A stretch of 64,000 bases of DNA from an uncultured delta proteobacterium. GTDB taxonomy: Bacteria; Myxococcota_A; Polyangia; Palsa-1104. The DNA is taken from NCBI GenBank assembly GCA_963785725.1, contig CAWAWS010000007.1:800001-864000 (forward strand). Reading direction: 5' to 3'. Of this stretch, positions 18,332 to 31,278 are shown piece after piece. How positions within the stretch are numbered: position 1 is the first letter of the stretch; every line of letters starts with the position of its first letter. The notes under the pieces are model-generated. The model worked only from the letters and a program-made list of their open reading frames with translations, was not told where the DNA came from and did not search any database. The position numbers were made by a program, and so were the translations under genes.

Positions 18332-18493
18332 AGTACCTCGCCACAGTGATTTTGATGGGTGCCCGGCGAGGATTCGGCGTTCAGGGCGAGGCGCGACGAC
18401 GAAGGAATACTGTCTGTATTTCGAGAAGGAGCAACGAAGTCATGGACGTCGAAGACCGGCGCGGACCGGTCGAAATCACTGTGGCGAGGTACT
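18332..18493. mobile_element. MITE-like fold-back element (162 bp)
   Basis: Perfect 21-bp terminal inverted repeats AGTACCTCGCCACAGTGATTT (18332-18352) and AAATCACTGTGGCGAGGTACT (18473-18493); nested internal stems; no transposase. Confidence 0.7.
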
Positions 18494-18508
18494 AGGCCAC
18501 GCGTCCCG

Positions 18509-19369
18509 CTACCAGGCGCCGCTGAACGCGCGCGTGCTGCCGACCGGTGACAAGCTGACGCGCTGCTGCCGGCCGGCGCGCGCCGCCTTCCACGCGAAGA
18601 TGCCCGCCGCCACGCCGAAGACCGGCAAGCCGATGGCGCCGAGGATGATGCCGGTGGTGCCGCTGATCTTCCTGTTGCAGATGTCGCCGGCGGGCAGGTC
18701 GCTGCAGTCATGCTTGCCGTCGAAGCCCGCCGACACGCCGAGCGTGATCGCCGATGCCACCGCGATGCCCGCCGAGGCGCCCGCGAGGCCGATCCACAGC
18801 GCGCGATTGCGCGGCGATTCCGTGACGATCGGCGGCGCCGGCGTCGGCGTCGCGACCGGCGTGGGCGTCGCCGCCGCGGTCGGCTCGAGCTGCATGCGCA
18901 GGGCGGCGGCGGCGTTGGAGAGCCCGTCGTTCACCTCTTTCATCGTGCACACGTCGCAGTTGTCCTTGGCGCTGGCGGCGACTTTGCCGTCGGACAGATC
19001 GATCAGCGACAGATCGGAGACGACGTGCGTGTTGCCGAGCACTTCGACCGAGACTTTGAGGACGCGACGGGCCAAGACCAGCTCGCCGATGCGGCGCATG
19101 CACGACAGCGTGTCGCAGCCGGCCAGGCCGCCGGCGGCCACGGCCTTCTCGACCTCGGCGTCGGGCACGACCTCGAAGCCGGCGGCGCCGAGGCCGCCGC
19201 GCAGGCTGGCGCGCAGCTTCTGCTGCGCCTCCTCGCCGAGCGGCTGACCGGAGACGGTGAAGACGGCGACGGCGACGCGCTCGGCGGTTGCGGCAGCGGG
19301 CGCGGCTGCGACGGCGCGGCTGCTGATGAAAAGGAGCGCAGCGGCGACGAGGCAGGCGAGGGCTCTCAC
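18509..19369 (-). CDS. Exported hypothetical protein with Pro/Thr linker and C-terminal hydrophobic segments
   Basis: GTG start and signal peptide (RALACLVAAALLF...AVA); GCDTLSC and CDVC pairs; PTP linker; two Gly-rich hydrophobic stretches. Confidence 0.7.
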   Translation of the reverse strand: MRALACLVAAALLFISSRAVAAAPAAATAERVAVAVFTVSGQPLGEEAQQKLRASLRGGLGAAGFEVVPDAEVEKAVAAGGLAGCDTLSCMRRIGELVLARRVLKVSVEVLGNTHVVSDLSLIDLSDGKVAASAKDNCDVCTMKEVNDGLSNAAAALRMQLEPTAAATPTPVATPTPAPPIVTESPRNRALWIGLAGASAGIAVASAITLGVSAGFDGKHDCSDLPAGDICNRKISGTTGIILGAIGLPVFGVAAGIFAWKAARAGRQQRVSLSPVGSTRAFSGAW

Positions 19370-19406
19370 GGGAGCACGATATCGTCGGTGTCGGGCAGTG
19401 TCAAAA

Positions 19407-19501
19407 GTCGCTCCGATAAAACGGGCGCGCGCTCGGACAGTCCTCGCCTTACAGGCTGCGGGAGACAACTCGCGCGCGCCCATTTTATCTCCGCTCTGGC
19501 T
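19407..19501 (-). repeat. 95-bp palindromic dispersed repeat, copy 1
   Basis: Reverse complement aligns without gaps to 57925-58019 (13 mismatches by hand count); 18-bp stem. Confidence 0.85.
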
Positions 19502-19760
19502 GCGGCATCGGAAAGTCGCGACGGCTCAAGGCAGACAGCGCGCGCGCCGTTGGCCGGGCGGATCGACTTGGGCGCCGGCTGTTTTTAGCTGGGATCGTTG
19601 CCGAAGCATTGGGTATTGTTTGGAAAAATGCCGAGGATCGTCATGCCTTCGCGCGTGGGGATCTTCCCAGGTGAAGGCGATGTTGCGTGCTCGACCGGCA
19701 CGCCTGAGCGCCGCGGGATCTTGGGATTTGAAGAAGACGCGCGGACGATAGCAGATCAGG

Positions 19761-20153
19761 TCACTTGATGGCGAACGTGAGGCTGACGCCGAGGCCGTGA
19801 CACAGAAGTGGGGTTGCGCGCATCGAACGAATAGGAGAGGCCGCTTCCTGAAAGTCTTTGCCGGGCTGCATGAAGCGCAGCACCGACGAGGAGAGGCGTT
19901 CGTAGGTGACGTCGGCGGCGCGATCGGCCGCCGGCGAGCCGACGAGCGATGCGTGCGTCAACGACTGCGGCTCGACGGTGCCATGCGTCGCACTTTTGAC
20001 CGTAGAAACGGAACTCGCCTTCCACTCGATGGAGCGGGAAAAGCCAACCGTCGGGAAGAGGGAACGGGCGGCACCGTGCGCTTGTGCCTGCGCCGAGCCA
20101 GCCGCCAGCAGCAGGGTGGTCAGGAGAGCCAAGCTGCTAATGAGCGCGCACAT
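19761..20153 (-). CDS. Secreted hypothetical protein
   Basis: Signal-like MCALISSLALLTTLLLAAGSAQA and C-terminal alternating GLGVSLTF strand; codon usage is less typical. Confidence 0.4.
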   Translation of the reverse strand: MCALISSLALLTTLLLAAGSAQAQAHGAARSLFPTVGFSRSIEWKASSVSTVKSATHGTVEPQSLTHASLVGSPAADRAADVTYERLSSSVLRFMQPGKDFQEAASPIRSMRATPLLCHGLGVSLTFAIK

Positions 20154-20242
20154 GCTTGCCTCTTGATGATTGCACCGGGTGTGCCGCATGCATAGATGCG
20201 ATGTGAGGAGACTCCCTCACGACAGGCGGGTGTGACACCTAC

Positions 20243-20521
20243 ATGTTCGGATTGATTCGCAGAAGAGCCAAGGCGGCGCTCGAACGGACGGATGAGCCGA
20301 ACCCGGCGGTCGCGCTGGCGGTTGGGCTCGTCTGGGTATTTCGGACCGCAGCTGGGTCCAAGATGATGCAGGAGCTGGAGACTGCAGTCCGCAAATACTC
20401 GGCGGACCCCCAGGCGCTATGGAAGCTCGTGTCGGAGGGTGAAGCAGCCGAAACCGACCGCGGCGACGTCATCGACACGACGCTGGTCGAGAACAAAGAG
20501 CTGCCGCCGCAGCGGAAGTAG
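20243..20521 (+). CDS. Small hypothetical protein with one hydrophobic segment
   Basis: 92-aa ORF divergent from the previous gene; AVALAVGLVWVF segment. Confidence 0.45.
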   Translation: MFGLIRRRAKAALERTDEPNPAVALAVGLVWVFRTAAGSKMMQELETAVRKYSADPQALWKLVSEGEAAETDRGDVIDTTLVENKELPPQRK

Positions 20522-20523
20522 CC

Positions 20524-20556
20524 ACCGATTTTCGGAGCGTAGACCGATTTTCGGAG
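20524..20556. repeat. Two direct 14-bp repeats, each semi-palindromic
   Basis: ACCGATTTTCGGAG at 20524 and 20543; core CCGA-TTT-TCGG. Confidence 0.7.
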
Positions 20557-20569
20557 AGCGCGCGTAACA

Positions 20570-21313
20570 ATGGGAATGCGCGCGTTTGTCCTGCTGCTCG
20601 TCGCTTACGCCTTTCCGCACGCGCGCGACGCCGAGTCGTTGGCCGCGCGCTTCCCAGCGCCGGCGGGCGCGCATCGCGTCACCGTCGCCGCCGGCGGCTT
20701 CGGCGACTTCTTGCGCCGGCTGCCGCTGTTGCCGCGCGGCGCGCCGGTGAAGCTGTGGAACGGCGCGCTCAAGTCGCGTCAGGACGTGCACGCGGCGGTG
20801 ATCGATCTCGACGTGCCGCCGCGCGATCTGCAGCAATGCGCCGATACGATCATGCGGCTGTGGGCGGAATATCGCTTCGGCAAAGGGCAGTCGATCGCGT
20901 TCCATCCCGATCCCGGTAAGCCGCAGGCGCTGACGTTTCGCGGGCACGATCGCGTGGCGTTCATGCGCTGGATGATCCGCGTCTTCGCCGAGGCGGGCTC
21001 GATGTCGCTGATGTCCGAGCTGCAGGCGATCGCGGGCGGCGTGCAGCCGGGCGACGTGCTCATTCAGGGCGGCTATCCCGGCCACGCCGTCATCGTGCTC
21101 GACGTCGCCGTCAGCGACGACGGCAAGCGGCGCTGGCTCATGCTCGGCCAGAGCTACATGCCGGCGCAGCAGCTGCACGTGCTCGTCGACGAGCAGTCGC
21201 CGGCGACGAGCCCGTGGTACGACGCCGCGGCGCTGACGTCGGTGGCCGGGCTGAAGACGCCCGAGTGGCGCCCGTTCTTCGCCCGCGACGTCCGCCGCTT
21301 TGTGGATGATTGA
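20570..21313 (+). CDS. DUF4846 domain protein
   Basis: FLRRLPL, DLQQCADTIMRLWAEY, PGDVLIQGGYPGHAVIVLDVA and LGQSYMPAQQLHVL. Confidence 0.85.
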   Translation: MGMRAFVLLLVAYAFPHARDAESLAARFPAPAGAHRVTVAAGGFGDFLRRLPLLPRGAPVKLWNGALKSRQDVHAAVIDLDVPPRDLQQCADTIMRLWAEYRFGKGQSIAFHPDPGKPQALTFRGHDRVAFMRWMIRVFAEAGSMSLMSELQAIAGGVQPGDVLIQGGYPGHAVIVLDVAVSDDGKRRWLMLGQSYMPAQQLHVLVDEQSPATSPWYDAAALTSVAGLKTPEWRPFFARDVRRFVDD

Positions 21314-21345
21314 ATCGGCTGCAGCGGCGCGACGGCCGCGGTCGG

Positions 21346-22662
21346 TCAGTAGCTGTCGTAGGCGACGACTTCGACTTCGACGTCTTGGGTCAGCCCGGCC
21401 GCTTCCAGCTTCGGCACGAGCTCGTCCGCCGTCGACACGATCGTGACTTCGAGATCGTGCGTCGTCAGATGCTGCGCGAGCGCCTGCACCGATGCTTCGC
21501 GCGTCACTTTGCCGACGCGCGTCGTGTAGGTCTGCGCCGAATCGGCGCGCATGCCGGCCAAGTCGAGCGCCGTGCGCAGCTCCAGCCGATCTTCCGGCGT
21601 CGCGACGGTAAAGGCGAAGCTCTTCTGCAAGTAGCCCTTGGCGAAATCGACCTCGGCTTCGGTCACGCCCGCGCTCACCCAATCGCGCCACAGCGCCAGC
21701 ACCAGCTCGAGCGTCTCCGGCGTCTGCTCCAGCGACGGAAACACATGCGCGACTAAGGCTTTGGCGCCGCGACCTTGGCCGACGCGCGCCGACGCGCCGT
21801 AGGACAAGCCGCGCTTGGAGCGCACTTCGTCCATGAGGCGCGCGGTGAACGTGCCGCCGAACGCGACCGTCGCCACTTGCAGCGCCACGAAGTCGGCGTC
21901 GTGCCAGCGCGGCGCCGGCTGACCGATCAAGATCTGCGACTGCGTGCGCTCGGGTTTGTCGACGATCGTCAGCTTCATGCCCGCGCGACGCGGCTGCGGC
22001 GGCCGCGGACCGACGCCCGCTTCGCCCGCCGCCAGCGCGCCAAAATGCCGCGCCACGAGCGCTTCCATGCCGCTCGCCTGGATGTCGCCGGCGGCGCCGA
22101 AGATGAGGTTGCCGCCGACGAGCGCGCGCTGATGCCACGCCTTGGCCTCGGCGACGCCGATGCCCTTCAACGTCTCGGCGGTGCCCAAGACCGTGCGGCC
22201 GTAAGGATGATGGCCGTACAAAGCGCGCGTGAAGAAGCGGCGCGCCAGCTGGCCGTCGTCGTCGCGCATTTCGTCGAGCTGTGCGGCGATTTCCCGCTTG
22301 AGCTTCTGCGCCTCGGCCTTCGGAAAATCGGGCCGCAAGATGACGTCGGCCATCAGCTTCAGCGTCGCTTCCAGCTTCTCCGGCAGCACGTTGACGTCGA
22401 AGGTGACGCCGTCGTAGTCGGTGAGCACGTCGAGGCTGGTGCCGAGCGCGTCGAAGGCTTCGTCGAGCTGCGCGCGCGTCTGCCCGCCGGCGCCGCGACC
22501 CATGAGCTCGGTCGCGAAGTTCGCCAGACCATCCTTTTCGGGCGCGTCATCACCGGCGCCGACGCGCAACGCCAGCTGGAAACGCACCAGCGGCAGATCG
22601 TGGTTCTCTTCGACGAGCAGCTTGGAGCCGGACGGGCCGCTCAGGTCGTGTGCCGTCGCCAT
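21346..22662 (-). CDS. M16 (pitrilysin) family peptidase, non-catalytic subunit
   Basis: M16 fold motifs (GLANFATELM lacking HxxEH; RLMDEVRSKRGLSYG); paired with the catalytic subunit. Confidence 0.9.
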   Translation of the reverse strand: MATAHDLSGPSGSKLLVEENHDLPLVRFQLALRVGAGDDAPEKDGLANFATELMGRGAGGQTRAQLDEAFDALGTSLDVLTDYDGVTFDVNVLPEKLEATLKLMADVILRPDFPKAEAQKLKREIAAQLDEMRDDDGQLARRFFTRALYGHHPYGRTVLGTAETLKGIGVAEAKAWHQRALVGGNLIFGAAGDIQASGMEALVARHFGALAAGEAGVGPRPPQPRRAGMKLTIVDKPERTQSQILIGQPAPRWHDADFVALQVATVAFGGTFTARLMDEVRSKRGLSYGASARVGQGRGAKALVAHVFPSLEQTPETLELVLALWRDWVSAGVTEAEVDFAKGYLQKSFAFTVATPEDRLELRTALDLAGMRADSAQTYTTRVGKVTREASVQALAQHLTTHDLEVTIVSTADELVPKLEAAGLTQDVEVEVVAYDSY

Positions 22663-23956
22663 TACGATTTTCCCTTGTTGGGCGTGCCGATAATTACCGT
22701 GCGCCGCGTGGCTTGCAGATAGGTGCGCGCGACCCGCTCGACGTCGGCGGCGGTCACGTTGCGATAGCCGTCGGCGACGGCGAACAGCTTGCGATAGTCG
22801 CCGGCGGTCGTCTGATAGTGACCGAGCGCCTCGGCTTTGCCCGCTTGCGGCCGCAATTCGCGCATGAAATGGGTCAACAGACGGGTCTTCGCCGTCTCCA
22901 ATTCGGCGGCCGGCAGCGGCTCTTTGCCTAGTCGCTCCAGCTCTTCGTAGACGATCGCTTCCGCCTCCGCCGCCGTGTGACCGCGCTGCAGCGACACCGA
23001 AATCTCGTAGAGCCCGACGTCACGGAACGGCGACGACGACGCATGCACCGACGCCGCGATCTCGCCGTCGACGACGAGCCGGCGATGCAGCCGCGACGAG
23101 TTGCCGCCGAACAAGATCTCGTTGAGCACCTCCAAGGTCGCGTAGTCGGGATGCACGAGCGGCGGCGACTTGTAGCCGATGCGCAGCTTGTCCGCCGTCA
23201 CGGCTTTCGGGTAGATCGCGCGTCGCTCCTCGGTCTGCTCGGGCTCGGCCGGCGCGGCGTCGGCCGGAATCGCCGACGAGGGAATCTTGCCGTATTGCTG
23301 CTCGATGAGCTCGAGCGCCTCCTGCTCGTCGAAGTCGCCGACCAACACCACCGTCGCGTTGTTGGGCGCGTAATAGGTGCGATAGAAGGTGCGGCAGTCG
23401 TCGATGGTGATGGCCTCGGATGTCGTCGCATCCAGCCGATCGTCGGCCAGTGATAGGGATGCACGGTGAAGGCGATGCTTGTAGAGCTCCTCGCTCGAGA
23501 AGCCGTCGACGTCGTCCTCGACGCGGAAGCGGCGCTCGTTGGCGACGACCTCGCGCTCGGACTCGACCTGCGTGTCGCCGAGCACGAGATGCGGCCATGC
23601 GATCGGCCTCGAGCTCGACCGCCAGGCGCAGCTCGACCTTCGGCAAGTTGTCGCGATAGTAGGTCCAGTCGACCCAGGTCGCGGCGTTGGTGTCGCCGCC
23701 GGCGGTCTCGAGCAGCTGGTCGAACTCGCCCGGCGGATGCGACTCGGTCTGGTTGAACATGAGGTGCTCGAACAGGTGCGCGATGCCGGTGATGCCCTCG
23801 CGCTCGTGCCGCGAGCCGACGCGCGAACCAGGTCTGATAGGCGAAGACGGGCGCCGATGGGTCGCGCACCAAGATGACCTTGAGCCCATTGGCGAGGCGG
23901 AACTGCTTGGCGTCCAAGCCGCCGGCGCCGAACGGATGCTGCGACACGAGCTCCAT
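22662..23956 (-). CDS. M16 family zinc peptidase, catalytic subunit, about five frameshifts
   Basis: LANGLKVIL, GSRHE..GITGIAHLFEHLMF (HxxEH), NAATWVDWTYY, SEREVVANERR, HPYHWPTIGW and FYRTYYAPNNA, spread over three frames. Breaks near 23824, 23594, 23478, 23428 and 23418. Confidence 0.88.
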
Positions 23957-23986
23957 CGAGGACTCCTTCTCTTTCTGCACAGATAC

Positions 23987-25378
23987 TTAATAGCTGAAAC
24001 CGACGGAAGCGCCGAGATTTACCACTACTAATGTGTAGTTGCCGGCGGCCGAGGGCAACGCCGACCCGGTGTCGAGCTGCCCGCACGCGTAGAGGCTGTA
24101 TTGGGCGTCGACGCAGCTGGTCTCGGCCTGCGAGTTGAACCGCGAGCTGACGTGGCCCACGAAATAGCCGGTGACGCCGGCGTGGCCGCCGACCTCGACC
24201 GAGTGCAATCCCGAGCGCCAGACGTGCCATTCGAAGGTCAAGGCGGCGTCGAGCTTGGGCGCGTCGAGCGCGGCGGCGCTGACGGCGTCGGGCGCGATGG
24301 CCGACGTCTGCACCGCCAGCGACGGCGAAAGTCGGAGGTTCTTGCCGAGCTGATGCCGCGTCGAGACTTCGACCATGTAGCTGTTCTGCAGGCCGCGATC
24401 GAGCGAGAACTCGGGCGCGATGCCGGTCGCCGCGATGCCGCCGCCTTGCAGCGACACGTCGAGCTCGTGGCGCGCGCCGTAGTGGACGAAGCGCCATTGC
24501 GCCTCGATCTCCAGCGCCGGCGTCGCTTGGATGCGCACGCCGGCTTGGATAATTTCGGGCAGCAGCATGACGACGCGGTCGTCGCCGCCGGCCGTGAAGC
24601 CGCCTTGGCCGGGCGCCGCTTTGACGCGCGCCCCGGTGGCCGAGGTCATGAAGAGGTCGCCGCCGGTCTGATGGCTCGTGTACGACAGGCCGATCCACAA
24701 GCGATCGACGGGCCGACCGACGGCGCCGACGGTGAAGCCGATGCCGGTGGCGTAGCCGCGCAGCTTGACGTTCTGCTGCGCCAGCGGGTTCTCGTAGCCG
24801 CAGGCGACCCCGCCGCACAAGCTGTTGGGCTGCGACACCAAAGCCGAGCCGCCCGCCGGCGCCAGATCGTGGGCGTAGCCGTAGTCGATCCAGTTTTCGT
24901 CGATGATGAGGCCGGCGCCGACGGCGATGTGGTTCTCGATCTTCCAGGCCGCGGCGAAGGTCTCTTCGAGCGAGGCGAAGCGCTGATATTGCTCCTGATA
25001 ACGCACCGGCGAGCTCGTCGGATAGGACGACAGCTCGGCGAACGGCGTGTAGACCGCGAGGCCCAAGTCGAAGGTGTCGGTGCCGAGATCCCACGTCAGG
25101 GCGGCGAACGTCTGCGGGTTGGCCGACGCGATGCTCGTCGACGCGGAGCTGCCGTCGCGGCGAATGCTGCCGAAGTTGGCGTCGGCGGCGCCGTCCAAGA
25201 AGAGGTGCACGCCGTGCAAGTAGCCGAGCGCCGCCGGGTTGTAGAACGCCGCCGCCGGATGCGGGTCGGTCGGCCCGGCGATGGCGTCGGGCACCGGACG
25301 CGGCTGCAGGAACGGATAGGCCCACGCGTGCCCACTGATGAACAGAACAGCAGCAGCGACGAAGGCGGGCGCGCGCAC
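23987..25378 (-). CDS. OmpP1/FadL family outer membrane transporter
   Basis: Signal peptide, AAAFYNPAALG hatch motif, GLAVYTPF and C-terminal aromatic strand LGASVGFSY. Confidence 0.8.
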   Translation of the reverse strand: MRAPAFVAAAVLFISGHAWAYPFLQPRPVPDAIAGPTDPHPAAAFYNPAALGYLHGVHLFLDGAADANFGSIRRDGSSASTSIASANPQTFAALTWDLGTDTFDLGLAVYTPFAELSSYPTSSPVRYQEQYQRFASLEETFAAAWKIENHIAVGAGLIIDENWIDYGYAHDLAPAGGSALVSQPNSLCGGVACGYENPLAQQNVKLRGYATGIGFTVGAVGRPVDRLWIGLSYTSHQTGGDLFMTSATGARVKAAPGQGGFTAGGDDRVVMLLPEIIQAGVRIQATPALEIEAQWRFVHYGARHELDVSLQGGGIAATGIAPEFSLDRGLQNSYMVEVSTRHQLGKNLRLSPSLAVQTSAIAPDAVSAAALDAPKLDAALTFEWHVWRSGLHSVEVGGHAGVTGYFVGHVSSRFNSQAETSCVDAQYSLYACGQLDTGSALPSAAGNYTLVVVNLGASVGFSY

Positions 25379-25442
25379 GGGCGTCGAGCCTACATCGGAT
25401 GGTGTTGACGTGGCAAAGGTCGCCCGGCTACGTTGCGACATC

Positions 25443-26613
25443 TTGACTCGGCTGATGACGTTCGCGCTCCTTGCAGGGCTGGCTCTCGGCTGCGACCCGA
25501 CGCCCGAGAAGATCGCGCGCTGGAAAGAGACCGAGCGCGGGCCGGGCAAGCTCCGCGAGACCGTGGTCAAAGCGGGCTTGGCGCCGTCGCTGCGCGGGCA
25601 GGCGCTGGCGGCGCTGGTCGAGCTCGGCATGACCTCGGACGCGCTGACCGACTTGGGCACGCTGCCGCCGGCCGATCGGCAAGCGATCATTCATGACGCC
25701 GTGCCGCGCCTGGCCGAAGTCGCCAAAGGCTCGGGCATCGCCGGCGGAGCCACGACGCGGGCGCAGCGCGAGGCCAAGGACGCGCTCTTTGGTCTGCGCG
25801 CCGACGCAGCCGCAGCCGATCGCGACGCGGCCGACGCGGCGTTGATCGAGTGGACGACGGCGGATTCTGGCCGGGCGTATGTCGGCAGGCGGCAAGTCGA
25901 GCGAGCAGATCTTGATTGCGATCGGGCCCAAAGCGGCGCCGCGGCTCGTCGAGCTGATGCAGCCGGGCTCGTCGCAGCTGGTGCCGGCGGCCTCGATCTT
26001 CGGCAAAGTGGCCGACACCGACGCGCGGGCGCGGGCGGCGGACGCGCTCATCGGCCGCCTGCGTCAACAAGGACCGCGGCTCGATGACCAGAGCCTGCAG
26101 GCGCTCGGGCTCGTCGGCGGACCGCGGGCGACGGCGTTCCTCGTCGAGACGGCCGAGCACGCCAACGAGGCCACGCGCGAAAAGGCGCTCTTGGCGCTGG
26201 CGCAGGGCAACGTCAACGGCGGCGACGCGACGACCCAAGCGGCGGCGCTGCGCATTGCGGCCGATAAGTCGGCGCCGGGAAAAGTTCGCGAAGCGGCCTT
26301 CCAGATGTTGGAGAAGATGCCGGGGTCGGTGCCGGGCTTGGTGGCGCTGATGAAGTCGCCCGAGGAGCTGGTGCGCTGGCGCTCGGTCGAGGCGGCGCTG
26401 GCGGCGGGCAAGGAAAAAGCGGTCACGCCCGTGCTCGAAGGGCTGAATCCGACGGGCAAATACAAAGCGGAAGATCTAGATTCGTACGTGGTTCACGACG
26501 TGGTGCTCGTCGGTCCGCCGGCCATCGCGCCCTTGCAGACGGAGCTGGCGTCGAAGAACGGGGTAGCCGCCGGCGTCGCCAAGAAGGCGCTGGCGCAGTT
26601 GCAAAAGCACTGA
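25443..26613 (+). CDS. HEAT-repeat lipoprotein, one frameshift near 25866
   Basis: Lipobox LALGC; helical repeats (LRGQALAALVELG, TREKALLALA, VRWRSVEAAL); frames join as TADLAGRMS after deleting one T. Confidence 0.72.
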
Positions 26614-26705
26614 ACGCCACGACGAATTAGTGGTCAAACACATCGTTTTCCGTCAGGATAGGCGGCTGGGAACGTAGAGGGTCTCGACTGGAGACAGAGC
26701 GGGAG

Positions 26706-27407
<702 letters not shown>

Positions 27408-27416
27408 AAGAACCCC

Positions 27417-29941
<2,525 letters not shown>

Positions 29942-29942
<1 letters not shown>

Positions 29943-30364
29943 TGGAAGGCGTGTTGATCTACGCTCCGCACGATTACGACGCGACGTTCGAGCAGCGGCT
30001 GGCGGCGCGCTTCGGGCCGGTGCGGCAGTCGATGCAGTGGGTGATTCAGCGCGAGAACAGCCGCGTTTACATCTATTCCGATCCCGATATTCGCGACTAT
30101 CTCGAGACCGAGGCCGAGCGGCGTGTGCTGGCCGAGATGCCGCAGCTGGTGGCGTACGCGGTCAATTTCAACGACCTCGGCCTGTTGCGCGAGGTGCTGC
30201 TCGCGATCGCCGACGATGACGCGCTCGTCGTCGACAACGATCAGGACGTCATCTTGCGCGGGCCGGCGTTCTTGCAGCTCCTGCGCGCGCGGCCCGATTG
30301 GGATTGGCTCGCCGAGGCCTACGAGCGCTGGAAAGCGCAGCAGCCGAAGGAATCGGACGATTGA
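29942..30364 (+). CDS. Hypothetical protein
   Basis: TGATG overlap with recG; 140 aa, acidic, normal codon bias. Confidence 0.7.
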
Positions 30365-30402
30365 GCCTCGCCGCCGCGGCGCTGACAAGGTAATGAACAG
30401 CG

Positions 30403-31272
30403 ATGTCGAAGCTGGAATTGGCGATGAAGGTGGTGGCGTGGCTCGAACAAGCGCCGCAGCCGGAGGATCCGAGCGGCTGGTTCACGCGCGAATTCACGTT
30501 CGACGCCCGCGGTGAGGTCGTCGGCTTCGACGTGCTGGCGGCGCGCGTGCGCAAGGGCGCGCTGGTGGCGAAGATGCCGCTCGTGAGCCGCGTCGAAGGG
30601 GCCGATTCGGTGGCGCTCTTGTTCGAGTCGATCGATGAAGCGGCCCGGCTGTCGTCGCGGCGCGCGCTGTTCTTCGCGTTCGAAGGTGACGTCGTGCGCA
30701 GCGTGGTCGAGGTCGCGCAGAAGTCGGCGCTGCCGGCGCAGCGGCCGGATCCGGTGCGCGCCGACGAGCTGACGGCGGCGCAGATTCGCGCGCAAGAAGC
30801 GACGCGCGGGCGGCGCGCGGGCGAGCTGACGTTCGACGAGGCGCTGGCGCGCGCGCGGGCCGTGCAGGCCGACGTGCTCGACGAGCGCATCAGCGTCGCC
30901 GCGACCTATTGGGTGTTTCGCGTGCGCGGGCTCGACAGCTACGGCATCGTCGTCGACAAGCAGAGCGGCGTGGCCACCAAGCTGGGCGCGACCTGGGATC
31001 TGGAGACGTGGCTGTGGGGCTATGAACAGGGCCTCGTCACCGGCGGCAGCGTCGACTTGATGGTGCTCAAGGTCGTCGATTACGAGCGGGCCGTGGCGCT
31101 GTTGAAGAAGCTGCGCGTCAGCCCGCCCGAGGGGCGCCGCGCGGCGCTGCAGCGGCTGCCGCGCACGTTCGCGGGCGCGGTGGACGCGAGCGCGATTCAG
31201 CGGCTGAAGAACGAGACGCGCGGCGTGTTCGAGTGGAAGATCGCGCGCGCCGAGGCGCCGGCCACGAAGTAG
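30403..31272 (+). CDS. Hypothetical protein, possibly with a YrhB/Imm35-like domain
   Basis: 289-aa ORF with strong GC3 bias; LTFDEALARA...YWVF...IVVDKQSG segment. Confidence 0.65.
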   Translation: MSKLELAMKVVAWLEQAPQPEDPSGWFTREFTFDARGEVVGFDVLAARVRKGALVAKMPLVSRVEGADSVALLFESIDEAARLSSRRALFFAFEGDVVRSVVEVAQKSALPAQRPDPVRADELTAAQIRAQEATRGRRAGELTFDEALARARAVQADVLDERISVAATYWVFRVRGLDSYGIVVDKQSGVATKLGATWDLETWLWGYEQGLVTGGSVDLMVLKVVDYERAVALLKKLRVSPPEGRRAALQRLPRTFAGAVDASAIQRLKNETRGVFEWKIARAEAPATK

Positions 31273-31278
31273 CCGGGC

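Noticed and set aside
18151..18550. ORFs 18151-18495 (+) and 18359-18550 (+)
   Set aside because: They run through the fold-back element and antisense to better genes, with no coding bias or protein motif.
23418..23824. Programmed frameshifting or pseudogenisation of the M16 peptidase
   Set aside because: No slippery sequences; five same-sign single-base insertions with intact catalytic motifs fit sequencing error better.
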